A DNA stretch of 64,000 nt, taken from IMG/VR virus record IMGVR_UViG_3300017917_002187. The stretch is one strand, 5' to 3'. This stretch comes from an uncultured virus (IMG/VR IMGVR_UViG_3300017917_002187). Lineage: Duplodnaviria; Heunggongvirae; Uroviricota; Caudoviricetes. How positions within the stretch are numbered: the first letter of the stretch is position 1; each line of letters begins with the position of its first letter. Below the pieces are notes generated by a model. It was given only the letters and a program-made list of their open reading frames with translations. It was not told the DNA's origin and made no database searches. The position numbers were made by a program, and so were the translations under genes. Below, one piece after another: positions 48,526 to 58,543 of this stretch.

Positions 48526-49635
48526 TTAATGTATGTTTTTTATAAATCTTTTAAATAGTTCATGTTCAACTGATACACAAATTCTTGAGTATGATGACCA
48601 TAAATCTTTATCGTGATAGACGAACTTATCTAATCCAACCGCACCTATTTTGTGTTGAAAAAGAAAATCCTCGGATTTGTTTATTACCGCGAATATACCA
48701 ATCGGTCTGTTATTAGGATAAAGTTCTTTTATCAATAAGTTATTATCAACTAAATAATTAATGTTTTTAGTTATATTGTAAACAGTCACCTCTCTAAATT
48801 TATCGTGAGCCAATCTACCCTCGGGGGTTGATATTACCTTTTCAACAATCATTTGTGATGGTGATGACACGGCATTGAACTCATACAACAAACGAATGTT
48901 TAATTCTGAATTGAAGTCTTTGTTTGAACAATAAATAAATCCAAGTCTCAAACCAGACAAACCAATCCACTTTGAAAATGATTCGGTAATGATAACATTT
49001 GGGAACTTTGATACGACATCAAAGAAATCATCATCAAAGAATAGTTTTCTGTATGGGCAATCAATAATAACAATCGCACCAGTATCACTAATCCTTTCAA
49101 TGGTTGACATCAAATAAATGTCGTCCAACGCAATTCCTGTTGGGTTATTTGGATTACATATGAACACACAAGACGATTCATTTAGTTGTGAATAATCCAA
49201 GTCAGAAAACGAATCATAAAACGAAAATGATTTCTTTCTTATTGTTGCCATCTTGGAATACGATCCCCAATAAAATTTTGGGAAGTAGATATTCTCAACA
49301 TTCAACAATTGAATCACTAAGTCAAGTGCAGGCATTCCACCAGGTGTTATTGCAATGTTGTTAATGAAGTCAGGATCATCTTTTGATGTGTGAAAGTATT
49401 CATTAACAATTTCTTTTCTCAATGATTCAATACCTAAGTTCGGAGCGTAAACCTGAAACTCTTTTGAGTTATAATCAATTTGATTCATCACATTTGACAA
49501 ATCAATTTCAGTAACAGCATTTACACCACGATTCAATTCCAAATATTGTTCACCACTTTCCTTGGCGGCTCGCTTTACTTTCTGACCTATTCCAACAATT
49601 GATGAAAAGGTTGCTTTAGATACGTTAATTTTCAT
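48526..49635 (-). CDS. PLP-dependent aminotransferase class I/II
   Basis: CNPNNPTG, D.PY, SFSKW.GLSGLRLG. Confidence 0.9.
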   Translation of the reverse strand: MKINVSKATFSSIVGIGQKVKRAAKESGEQYLELNRGVNAVTEIDLSNVMNQIDYNSKEFQVYAPNLGIESLRKEIVNEYFHTSKDDPDFINNIAITPGGMPALDLVIQLLNVENIYFPKFYWGSYSKMATIRKKSFSFYDSFSDLDYSQLNESSCVFICNPNNPTGIALDDIYLMSTIERISDTGAIVIIDCPYRKLFFDDDFFDVVSKFPNVIITESFSKWIGLSGLRLGFIYCSNKDFNSELNIRLLYEFNAVSSPSQMIVEKVISTPEGRLAHDKFREVTVYNITKNINYLVDNNLLIKELYPNNRPIGIFAVINKSEDFLFQHKIGAVGLDKFVYHDKDLWSSYSRICVSVEHELFKRFIKNIH

Positions 49636-50464
49636 ACTGTAATGGTATTCTACTTCTTAAAAATTCTCTGTCTTGTGTGAACACTGGACAATCAATTCCT
49701 AACCACTTATTTCTAACCACATCTTCAATAAAGATTTCCTGATTTTCTTGTTTTGGTTTCCCATTAATCATTAGAATTTTGGTAACAAACCCACCACGTT
49801 TTTTTCTTGGTGAGAAATCATTCCAATTGGTCCCCTTTTGGAAAATCATTTCTTGCATCTCATCGGTTTTCTTACCATGTAATTCTTTTGGTGAATACAT
49901 ACTTTGTGCAACCGAAGAGATTGAGTTACGAGTGGCATCTTGTTGTCTCCAAATAAAATAATTTTCAACCTCAATTGATGATGGTATTTGAAATACTCGA
50001 GCATCGAATGTTGCGAGTTTGAAGCTTTCGATTTCTGATTCGGTCATAAGCTTCCCATCATATGCCATTGCATAACCATCAGTTCCATCATTCTTACAAA
50101 ATCTTGACATTCGTAATTGATTAAACTTTGCGGTGGCTAATGATGCTGCAATACTACACATCTTTTGTAAGTTACCATCAAACCAAGCATCAGTTGATAA
50201 ATCATCAAAGTCGGTAAGTAATAAACTTATCTCATCTGATTGTACATAACCAAACTTAACTCCTTGGATGTTCTTACACAAGTATGCTGTGGTCTCATCC
50301 ATATCCTCAATCAACCCATCATCAAATGGTCTATTTAAACCTTTTGTGTAGGTGTGAAATGCTTTACCATCAATCCTAATAATGGTATATGTTCTGCGTG
50401 GAAGTCTAATACGGGTTCTATCCTCGTAGTAGTCCTTCATTCTATCTCCTAATGCGTCTTTCAT
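49625..50464 (-). CDS. tRNA(His) guanylyltransferase Thg1-like protein
   Basis: RIDGKAFH, YVQSDEIS, FDARV, YFIWRQQDA.RNS. Confidence 0.93.
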   Translation of the reverse strand: MKDALGDRMKDYYEDRTRIRLPRRTYTIIRIDGKAFHTYTKGLNRPFDDGLIEDMDETTAYLCKNIQGVKFGYVQSDEISLLLTDFDDLSTDAWFDGNLQKMCSIAASLATAKFNQLRMSRFCKNDGTDGYAMAYDGKLMTESEIESFKLATFDARVFQIPSSIEVENYFIWRQQDATRNSISSVAQSMYSPKELHGKKTDEMQEMIFQKGTNWNDFSPRKKRGGFVTKILMINGKPKQENQEIFIEDVVRNKWLGIDCPVFTQDREFLRSRIPLQYEN

Positions 50465-50931
50465 GCTAATCTAAATTGTAATAAAAATTCTCGTAAAAAC
50501 AAAATCTTGTTAAGTTCTCTTTTGGGAATCTTATCTGTCCAATCATCTTCAAATGGTTCATAGATATCGGTAGGATACTTTTCTTTGTTGAAAACTCTCT
50601 CATCCACCAAGAAAACAATACCGGTTAACTGGTTTCCCAAATCAGGTTCGTGAAATATTGCTAATGGTATTTTATTCTCCTGAAGAGTTACCAAGTGTTT
50701 ATTCAACGTCCCCATACTATCCAAATAACCTGAATTGTTTGTTGTTCCACCATTTAGTATAATAAATGTCTTGTCATGTTTCGCCCATCTTTGATATTGA
50801 TCGGTCTTACCATGCTTCAAACCATACTCAACAACCGCATGACCAAATTGGATACCTTGTTGTATAGGACTGATATTGTACGGCACTAAACCGTACATAC
50901 GATATTCTAATTGTTCTTTTTTATTTTTCAT
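50461..50931 (-). CDS. peptidyl-tRNA hydrolase 2-like protein
   Basis: QQGIQFGHA, FHEPDLGNQLT. Confidence 0.65.
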   Translation of the reverse strand: MKNKKEQLEYRMYGLVPYNISPIQQGIQFGHAVVEYGLKHGKTDQYQRWAKHDKTFIILNGGTTNNSGYLDSMGTLNKHLVTLQENKIPLAIFHEPDLGNQLTGIVFLVDERVFNKEKYPTDIYEPFEDDWTDKIPKRELNKILFLREFLLQFRLA

Positions 50932-51187
50932 CGTTCTCCCTCTTTTCAATGTTTTTTCTATCAATTACTCTTTGAGATGACTCTGACAACTCTTTTCGAT
51001 ATTTTGGAATCTCCCTCAATTCTTTTTCACTTAACCCTGTTTCTTTTTTAAGTCTTCTCAAAGTTTTTGATTCCTTTTTACATGGGACATGAACACCCTC
51101 AGGTGCAACATATTTCCTTAACCTTCTACTATCGTAATGATACCTACTATAGATACCCTTAAAATCTTCTGTATTTCCTGTAATCAT
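50921..51187 (-). CDS. basic hypothetical protein
   Basis: Probable start MITGNT. Confidence 0.6.
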   Translation of the reverse strand: MITGNTEDFKGIYSRYHYDSRRLRKYVAPEGVHVPCKKESKTLRRLKKETGLSEKELREIPKYRKELSESSQRVIDRKNIEKRENDEK

Positions 51188-51924
51188 TTTTCTTCCATTG
51201 TTGGTTTTAACCACAAGTTTGTTTTCTTGAAAATGTAATCTTTTAAATGAGTGAATTGTCTCAATCTTTCTAATGTCTCTAAAGTATCGTGTTTGAAACA
51301 TTTCAAAAGTTCTTCCCTGATTCTTTCCGCCGACACAACACCCATTTTAGATTCATAATCATAATGGTATATTTCGTGCCACATATCATCAGGTATCTCA
51401 AATCCTTTCACAATTGAAAACCTTATGGCTCTCAATATCCTTAATGGATCGTCATCAAAGGTTACTTTAGTGTCTAGTGGTGTTCTCAGGACTCGGTTTC
51501 TCAAGTCCTCCATTCCGTTGAAGTAATCAATTATGATACCATCAGAATTTCTGGCTAATGCGTTTAAAGTGAAATCTCTTCTCTCCAAATCATCATAAAG
51601 ATTTCCAGGGACAACTATTGGTGTTCTAGTTCCAGGAATGTAACCAACTTCTTTTCTGGCCATTACAAAATCTGCCACACCTTGGTGTTTATGATCTTTT
51701 GGGAATTTAGCACGAATGGTGAAACAATCAGGTGTTTCAAGAAAAATCTCAAAACCATCTTGTCTTAAATTCTCAGATAAAATATTGAACATCGTGTGTG
51801 CTGATGAAATCTCTTTTAACAAGTCTTCATTCGGTACCGCAACATAATCAATGTCTTTTGAGGTTAATCCCAAAATCTCATCTCTAATTTTTCCACCCAC
51901 CTCATAAAATGTAAATAAACTCAT
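51184..51924 (-). CDS. class II tRNA nucleotidyltransferase / poly(A) polymerase family (CCA-adding-like)
   Basis: VGG.IRD, DIDY, RRDFT.NALA, DDPLRILRA.RF, SAERIREE. Confidence 0.9.
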   Translation of the reverse strand: MSLFTFYEVGGKIRDEILGLTSKDIDYVAVPNEDLLKEISSAHTMFNILSENLRQDGFEIFLETPDCFTIRAKFPKDHKHQGVADFVMARKEVGYIPGTRTPIVVPGNLYDDLERRDFTLNALARNSDGIIIDYFNGMEDLRNRVLRTPLDTKVTFDDDPLRILRAIRFSIVKGFEIPDDMWHEIYHYDYESKMGVVSAERIREELLKCFKHDTLETLERLRQFTHLKDYIFKKTNLWLKPTMEEK

Positions 51925-51951
51925 AAATTATTTTTTTACAAATGTAGGTAA

Positions 51952-52602
51952 TTATTTCTTTAGTTCATTATTTTTTTTGTTTAAAAATTGAACAATGTGG
52001 TAATATTGTTTTGATACCTGTTTTTCATAGTCAGGTGAAGATGCGTATCTTCTATTATCACAATTGGTAAAATTTTTAAAAAGTATGTCTAATGATTTGC
52101 ATTTTAGGTATGTTCTGCACATGTAGAAATAATATGCCTGTATTCCATCAAACGTATTCTCAAACCACATAGTTGTTCCTTTGTCGGTTTCACCAACATT
52201 AAAAGGATTGTTCTTGGGTGAACGACCTTTGGTGCCCATTGATGATTCGATTTGTGCTTGTGCTAGTGCTAATTCAACAGGCAAAATAACCCCAGTTGAA
52301 TCGTAAGCATTTAATGCTGCTAGTTTTAACATACCCGCTTGAATTGGTGTGTTATCAAATTGTGATAGATATAATTCCGCATCTTTTTCGTATTTTGTAA
52401 AGAAAGAATCGACCCATGGTTGTGAACCTATTGGTAGATTCTGTGTGTTACCATATATAACTCTTTCAATTTCCACCATAGATGTTTGTTTCCCTACGAA
52501 ATAAGAGGTAATTGTTGACAATAAAAATAATAAAATGAAGATTCTATTTTTTGTTTTGTCTTTGGTCCAATGAAGTTTATTTTTGTCAAATTTGTAAAAC
52601 AT
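51952..52602 (-). CDS. glucosaminidase-domain peptidoglycan hydrolase with TM anchor
   Basis: LAQAQIES, NNPFNV, YAS.PDY. Confidence 0.75.
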   Translation of the reverse strand: MFYKFDKNKLHWTKDKTKNRIFILLFLLSTITSYFVGKQTSMVEIERVIYGNTQNLPIGSQPWVDSFFTKYEKDAELYLSQFDNTPIQAGMLKLAALNAYDSTGVILPVELALAQAQIESSMGTKGRSPKNNPFNVGETDKGTTMWFENTFDGIQAYYFYMCRTYLKCKSLDILFKNFTNCDNRRYASSPDYEKQVSKQYYHIVQFLNKKNNELKK

Positions 52603-52619
52603 AACATTTTGTTTTAAGG

Positions 52620-53099
52620 TTAAAAAATAATCATCTTACCGCCAATCATAAAATGATTTATATCGATGTTGTTTGTTTGATAAAAGTGTACCGACAAATA
52701 AAGTGGGTATGAAATTTGTAAATCACCACCGACTCTGAATACATAAAGATTTTGGTGTGTTATTGACTTACCAAGACCACCAACTAAAAAATATTTGTTG
52801 TGTTTTTTATTTCGGTAAATATAATTACCAATCACATAAGTTTCATTTGGTTTGGTGTTAATTGATAGTGTTCCATAATTAAACATATTAAGCCCCACCA
52901 TGATAAAACCAACACCCACATCAATACTTGCAGATGTTCCACTTTCACCAAAACCATATCCCATTGAATAAAACGTATTTTTATTTCTGGGACCATACGA
53001 CAAAGAGTAGTTAAAAGAACTTTGTGGTATTCTATAAAATGTTTGAGAAAAACATAATGTAGATATGGTTATGAAAAAAAATGTGATTAGTGTTTTCAT
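52620..53099 (-). CDS. secreted / small outer-membrane beta-barrel-like protein
   Basis: Signal peptide, alternating beta pattern, terminal Phe. Confidence 0.5.
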   Translation of the reverse strand: MKTLITFFFITISTLCFSQTFYRIPQSSFNYSLSYGPRNKNTFYSMGYGFGESGTSASIDVGVGFIMVGLNMFNYGTLSINTKPNETYVIGNYIYRNKKHNKYFLVGGLGKSITHQNLYVFRVGGDLQISYPLYLSVHFYQTNNIDINHFMIGGKMIIF

Positions 53100-53494
53100 A
53101 CATTTTCAGGATTCAAACCAACATTGGTTAAAATGTTTTTACACTTGTTTCTGTATCTTGAATCAGTTTCGTAAATGTTTGAAAAGGTTTGCAAATAGTG
53201 TATTATTGATGTGTGATCTCTTCCACCCACATATTCACCAATACTAGCCAGTGTGATTTTATATTTTGTCTTTAAGACATATGAAATAATTTGTCTAGAT
53301 TCAACGTAGATTCTTTTTCTTGATCTACTTATAATTTCTTCTTTGGTGATGTTAAATTCTTTAGCCACCATTTCAATAATGTCTTCTTCGTTTATTGGGA
53401 CATTCTTTAAACCTGAGTATTTTGTTTTATCTAATTTAGATAGTTCCATACCCGGAAAAAGGTATGGGTTAATTACATTTTGATTGTTTTCCAT
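53096..53494 (-). CDS. stand-alone DnaA C-terminal (domain IV) HTH protein
   Basis: SRKR..V.SRQI..Y, LASIG, GGRDHTSIIH. Confidence 0.85.
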   Translation of the reverse strand: MENNQNVINPYLFPGMELSKLDKTKYSGLKNVPINEEDIIEMVAKEFNITKEEIISRSRKRIYVESRQIISYVLKTKYKITLASIGEYVGGRDHTSIIHYLQTFSNIYETDSRYRNKCKNILTNVGLNPENV

Positions 53495-53561
53495 ATTGGG
53501 TTTATTTAAAACAAATATATTTGGATACTTTTACATATCCAAATATATTTTGATTGGTGAA

Positions 53562-54524
53562 TTAAAAAATACGAGCAGTGGTGATTTCAGCTAAACCATA
53601 TGATGGTGTCTCTTGTATGGTTGGTGACTCACTTTCAACCGCCTCTTCAGTTACTTCTTCATCAGTTGGATAAGTTTCTTGTTCAGGTTGTTGTTCCGCC
53701 TCTTCATTTCCACGGAAACTTAATTTTAAATTGTTATCCTCTTCTTTTCTGTAATCTTCAGGTAACAAATCGTTGTTACTTTTTTTGTTGTTTGTAACCT
53801 CGTTAAATATTACACTTAAAACATCAGCAGGTAAACCAGATTCTAACGAATCAATTCGGGTGTCTTCTTGGTTCCAAAAAGAAAACTCGTGTTCACTATC
53901 TAAAGAATAGAATTGTGCCACTTTTTTTCCGCTTACTCTATTAATACAATAGATTAAAATACCACGTTTGGTATAACGATTAAAGTGAGAGATTTCTTTC
54001 TTCATTGCTGTACACCATCTTGTATCCGCACCATACTTCAAAGATGCTTGGAATGTAAGTGGTCTAATTACTAACCATTCACCATCATCATGTAATTTAA
54101 TGATTTGTTTTTCCAATTCTTTTTCATCAATTTTTTCTTGTACTTTTTCATACTCACTGATGATTTGTTCGAAAGATTCGTATTTTGTTACGTCATTGTT
54201 TAAAATTAATCCACGTTCATTGTATTCACAAAACTTAATGAATTTTTTTAAATCACTGTTTTCAAAACTATTTGTAACGAATCGATGCAAAACAAATAAT
54301 TGAAATGGTGTCATGTCCATAACACTTTTTTCGTCTACACCAAATTCATCCTTCAACCATTTTTTAATTTCATTGGAGACTAAATCAAGGTCTTTAGTGT
54401 TTTTAACTGTTCTCAAAAGTAATTCAACATACTTTGATTTACCTTTTGGTGAGAATAATGATAGAACGTCAACCATGTTTAACACGTTCTCTGGGTCGTT
54501 TTTTAAGTCTTTAATTTTTGACAT
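53562..54524 (-). CDS. jumbo-phage WCT-motif protein
   Basis: PLTFQAS.KYGADTRWCT; start MSKIKD. Confidence 0.75.
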   Translation of the reverse strand: MSKIKDLKNDPENVLNMVDVLSLFSPKGKSKYVELLLRTVKNTKDLDLVSNEIKKWLKDEFGVDEKSVMDMTPFQLFVLHRFVTNSFENSDLKKFIKFCEYNERGLILNNDVTKYESFEQIISEYEKVQEKIDEKELEKQIIKLHDDGEWLVIRPLTFQASLKYGADTRWCTAMKKEISHFNRYTKRGILIYCINRVSGKKVAQFYSLDSEHEFSFWNQEDTRIDSLESGLPADVLSVIFNEVTNNKKSNNDLLPEDYRKEEDNNLKLSFRGNEEAEQQPEQETYPTDEEVTEEAVESESPTIQETPSYGLAEITTARIF

Positions 54525-54535
54525 AATTGTTATGA

Positions 54536-55204
54536 TTAATATTTGGTTCTTAATAGCTGAATAACATCCCAAGCATCTTCAAGTGCATCGTGGGTAACAA
54601 TACCTTCGATGTCGCTTCTATTTTTACATTGTTGTAAGTTAGGTAATGAATCATCATTTACCCAATCACAAAAAAGAATTGCTGGGTCAATAACTCTTTG
54701 ACGAATTTTAATTAGTTTTTTAAACCAAGTTAGTTTCTCCAAAAATAGTTTATCAAATGTTGCGAAGTTTTTACCTGCAACATTTATATGGATTGGTTTG
54801 GTGTTTGATCCAAAAATTGGTAATGTTTTACCATTGGTAATTCTAATAGTCATACCACCAGATATAAGATCATAACCAAATCCATTTATGAATAGGAAAT
54901 CAAAAAAGTGTTTTGCCACTCCATCGGGTTCACAAAAAATATAACCTGAATGATTCTGTAAATTTGTTTTAGTTTCATCATCCCCATCAAGGTATTCTGA
55001 AATGTAACCAATGATTTTTTCATTCAGTTTCAATGCGTATGGTGAACCACAGATTTGTTTTTGTAAAAGAATTGCGTGGAATTTAGGAACCTCATCAAAA
55101 GGTAATTTTTTTTCGGTGTCTTCAATTATGGCACCAATGGACAATACCGAATGTAACTCGGAATCTAATCCAGATGTTTCAATATCAATACTTACATATT
55201 TCAT
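54536..55204 (-). CDS. DEDDh 3'-5' exonuclease
   Basis: IDIETSG, GKN.ATFD, HDALEDA. Confidence 0.85.
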   Translation of the reverse strand: MKYVSIDIETSGLDSELHSVLSIGAIIEDTEKKLPFDEVPKFHAILLQKQICGSPYALKLNEKIIGYISEYLDGDDETKTNLQNHSGYIFCEPDGVAKHFFDFLFINGFGYDLISGGMTIRITNGKTLPIFGSNTKPIHINVAGKNFATFDKLFLEKLTWFKKLIKIRQRVIDPAILFCDWVNDDSLPNLQQCKNRSDIEGIVTHDALEDAWDVIQLLRTKY

Positions 55205-56085
55205 TATTGTAGCGATTTAAAATAATCTTTTACTATTAAATTTGACCAATCTGTTTTTGAATTATTTCTACTTGACGGGGCAAAGTATCCATCAACAGCA
55301 TTGATATAAAATGAATGTTCTCCTTGGTTAAACACTTCCCAATTCTTATCAGTAAAGAACCGGTTTATTCTTAATTGTTCAAGAGCCAAGTTATCAAATG
55401 AAACAACATCAAACATGTTGAACATGTTACGGATCCACCACAACCATTCTTTGTGTTTTCTCGTTGTAAGGTCAACTTTACCATGGTTAAACCCAAAGTC
55501 CTTTTCACCCAACACTAGAATTTTCTTCACACCTTTTTTGGATAATGATTCAACATCATTGAATGAATCAATACCAGCAATTACATGGAAAACAGTATTC
55601 TCATAATCCAAAATGAATTGTGGTACATCCCATTTTAATGATGAACGATACGATACTCCAAGACCTTTAATGAAACCACACTCAATGATGTGTCTTAATC
55701 CCTCAGAATCCCTTTTAAGGTGTCCTTGGTTCACTGTAAGATTGACAATGTAGTCTTGTAGACTACACCACAAAATAAACTCGTATAAGTCAGCCGTGAA
55801 CTGATTAGCACCGATAGCTAACTCAATACCCTTTGGTAAACCAGTCAATTTATCTCGTAACATATCATAGTTACATTCAGTACCATCGGTCTTTGCTGAT
55901 TCGTGACAAAAATCACAGAATGCTTTACCCGTCTTTGGATTATACCCGAATGAACATTGTGTTGAAACCCTAATGTCTATATTCAACGGATAATCAAGTG
56001 AAAGAGTATCTTCATACTCAATCACCCGACTTCCATCATCATGAATAAAAACACAAGAGTTTCCGTTATTATATTTCTGTAACAT
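55204..56085 (-). CDS. radical SAM protein
   Basis: PLNIDIR, C-x12-CDFCHE, ELAIG, NLTVN, GLGVS. Confidence 0.7.
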   Translation of the reverse strand: MLQKYNNGNSCVFIHDDGSRVIEYEDTLSLDYPLNIDIRVSTQCSFGYNPKTGKAFCDFCHESAKTDGTECNYDMLRDKLTGLPKGIELAIGANQFTADLYEFILWCSLQDYIVNLTVNQGHLKRDSEGLRHIIECGFIKGLGVSYRSSLKWDVPQFILDYENTVFHVIAGIDSFNDVESLSKKGVKKILVLGEKDFGFNHGKVDLTTRKHKEWLWWIRNMFNMFDVVSFDNLALEQLRINRFFTDKNWEVFNQGEHSFYINAVDGYFAPSSRNNSKTDWSNLIVKDYFKSLQ

Positions 56086-56956
56086 AAAATTTTACTCTTT
56101 TAGTAAACCCAGAGTTTGGGTCTTTAAGTAATGCAGTTTCAATTTCTCTACATTTAGTATAACCCTCTGTTGACCAATCAAGTTTGTGGTTTTCAGGATC
56201 CTGGTCAAAGATTGCTTTAACCTCATTCCAAGCACGTCTCTCGAAAACTATGATTCCATTCTCGTAGTCGATTGGGTTTCTCCATGTCGAGAACTCATAC
56301 AACTTATCACGATCACGATAAAGTTGTGCGTAAATACTGTTGTCGTCATCAAAATGACCACCCTCAGTTAAGTAAACATTTTGTAACAAAGCATTTAAAC
56401 CATCACTAATTTCTTCCTCGGTTGGTTTACCCTTGAATTTGGTTTTTTCTTTATATCCCTCAATACTTAATTGATGAGTATACACTGGAACAACCATTCT
56501 CCCATCACGGAACTCAGGAACATCATAGAATGTGGGGTCCGGTGATGAGTTATCATTACCGCCGAACAACCATGAGTTCTTGTTAAAGATGAAGTTTCTC
56601 AATGATTCTTTATCAGATGGTACAATACCATATGAATCGTGGTCAACATAACCATTATCTAATCCAACAAACTTTACCTCATCAGCACCAGTTTGTTCTT
56701 TGATTACTTCAGCCAATGCTTCAAGTGATGTTTCACTGTTCGCGAATTGTTGTGCAGCATAACTAGCTTTTGTAATGGCATCGTTATGTTTAAACCAATC
56801 CCAACCGAAATCATCACCAGAGATTTCAACCATACCATCCTGATTAGGATAGATTGTATCCATTACAAATTGTTTTGTGTCATCAGCTATTGAAATACTA
56901 TGTGATGAACTACTATTGGTTTCAAAAACCCCTTTTCTTACTAATATTTTTTTCAT
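56069..56956 (-). CDS. FETNSSS-motif phage protein
   Basis: RKGVFETNSSSSHS, FGW, GYVDH, GNDN. Confidence 0.75.
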   Translation of the reverse strand: MKKILVRKGVFETNSSSSHSISIADDTKQFVMDTIYPNQDGMVEISGDDFGWDWFKHNDAITKASYAAQQFANSETSLEALAEVIKEQTGADEVKFVGLDNGYVDHDSYGIVPSDKESLRNFIFNKNSWLFGGNDNSSPDPTFYDVPEFRDGRMVVPVYTHQLSIEGYKEKTKFKGKPTEEEISDGLNALLQNVYLTEGGHFDDDNSIYAQLYRDRDKLYEFSTWRNPIDYENGIIVFERRAWNEVKAIFDQDPENHKLDWSTEGYTKCREIETALLKDPNSGFTKRVKFYVTEI

Positions 56957-57045
56957 GTTATTTATCTTTGTTTTTTTCCGAATTTGGTAAAAGTATAAAG
57001 AAGTACCAAAGTATTAATAATATTGTTAATACTTTCATAAACCTA

Positions 57046-57399
57046 TTAAAATGTTGTTGGGGTTTCCGGTGTTGTTGTATCAGGTATTGGTGTCGGTTCG
57101 ACCCCTAAATGTTTGATATTATACTCATGTTCCGTTATGACCGAGAAGAAACTGACATCGGTTGCGATAGTTTCATATCCCGAATCACCACAACTATTTT
57201 CTGGTAACTCAATAACTTGTTGACGTAAGTCATTGAAACGTATCTCATATATACCAGTACCTTGTATCTGTAGATACGCTTCTTTACCATTTTCAAAACC
57301 GATACGCATGTATTCAATTTTAGCTGGTAAACGTTTTTGGTTTGGTTGACAACAACAAGATAACAACACAACACTTAATAGGGTTAAAATTAATTTCAT
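57046..57399 (-). CDS. putative lipoprotein
   Basis: LLSC lipobox; Pro/Thr tail; promoter box 57421-57428. Confidence 0.65.
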   Translation of the reverse strand: MKLILTLLSVVLLSCCCQPNQKRLPAKIEYMRIGFENGKEAYLQIQGTGIYEIRFNDLRQQVIELPENSCGDSGYETIATDVSFFSVITEHEYNIKHLGVEPTPIPDTTTPETPTTF

Positions 57400-57442
57400 G
57401 ATTTATTTTTTTAGTGATTACAAATATAGAACAAAGTTTTAA

Positions 57443-58354
57443 TTATACAAGTTCAGTCTTTGGAATGAAACTAAAAATATGTGAAATCACATCCGCAGTC
57501 CACCCGTTACCTGTCATCCTAACCTTTTCAGTTTTAGTTAAACCATCAACATCACAATAGTTTGATGATATTGTTTGTAATTTTAATCTTTCTTCGATTG
57601 TAAGTTCTCTAATCTTACCATTAACTTTAACAAGGTTGGTTGATGATCCGTTGGTAACCAAACAATTTGATTTTCCATCTTTTCTTTCAGTGTAAATTCT
57701 GTCATAACCCTCGGTCAGCTTGTTCTTACGACCTCTATAACCACAAGCAACTGCACCCTTACCACAAATATCCTCAATCGTTATTCCTTTATCTTCTGGA
57801 ATTGTTACATTTGGAATGTTGGTCCAATACAACCTGTCTCTATTCTGTGCACTAACCAAAGAAGAATTTATTCTGATAGGTTGAACACCAAGTTCTTTAC
57901 TTATGATGTTTTCCCACTCTTTATCCATCAATGTGTTTTCGAATAAAAAATATTTCGGATTAGATTCGCGGATAACACGAACCGCCTCCCAAAACAAATA
58001 TGATTGACCAACAAATTTCTTACCTTGTTTCTTTAAAGTGAGATATTGTTTTAATGTTTTCACTTTTGTCCCACTCTTTGTCACCATTCCCATTTCTTTA
58101 CCTGCCCTACTCAAATCAGTACACGGACTACCAGCGGTTACTAAGAAGATTTCCCCGTAGTTTTTTGGTACGATGTCCACAACACTTCCAATGTGTTTTG
58201 TCATTGGGTAGTTGTGTAAAACTACATTCATTGCAGGTTCATTGATTTCAGATGCTAAGTAGTTAATGTTTTTGAAACCACTTTTTTCAAGAGCAATTCG
58301 ACAGCACCCCATGCCATCAAATAAACTAATCACGTTTATTTTGTTATTTTTCAT
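57443..58354 (-). CDS. C5 cytosine DNA methyltransferase
   Basis: SLFDGMG, AGSPC, FEN, QNRDRLYW, GNGW; start MKNNK. Confidence 0.9.
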   Translation of the reverse strand: MKNNKINVISLFDGMGCCRIALEKSGFKNINYLASEINEPAMNVVLHNYPMTKHIGSVVDIVPKNYGEIFLVTAGSPCTDLSRAGKEMGMVTKSGTKVKTLKQYLTLKKQGKKFVGQSYLFWEAVRVIRESNPKYFLFENTLMDKEWENIISKELGVQPIRINSSLVSAQNRDRLYWTNIPNVTIPEDKGITIEDICGKGAVACGYRGRKNKLTEGYDRIYTERKDGKSNCLVTNGSSTNLVKVNGKIRELTIEERLKLQTISSNYCDVDGLTKTEKVRMTGNGWTADVISHIFSFIPKTELV

Positions 58355-58542
58355 TTTAATGATGAGATTATGATTACTATTAAAACAAATAGACCAAGTA
58401 AAGCAAATCCACCCCATAACGGAGCTGTTACCCACCACCAAGACCAACTAATAAATCCGGTCAATTTTAAGGTCATAAAAATTAAAAACATCAGTCCGAA
58501 AAATCCGATTCCTCCTGACGAGCTTGAGTTGTTATCTGACAT
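58351..58542 (-). CDS. small conserved phage membrane protein
   Basis: GGIGF.G....F..LKLTG.I.WSWWWV.APLW. Confidence 0.8.
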   Translation of the reverse strand: MSDNNSSSSGGIGFFGLMFLIFMTLKLTGFISWSWWWVTAPLWGGFALLGLFVLIVIIISSLK

Positions 58543-58543
58543 G

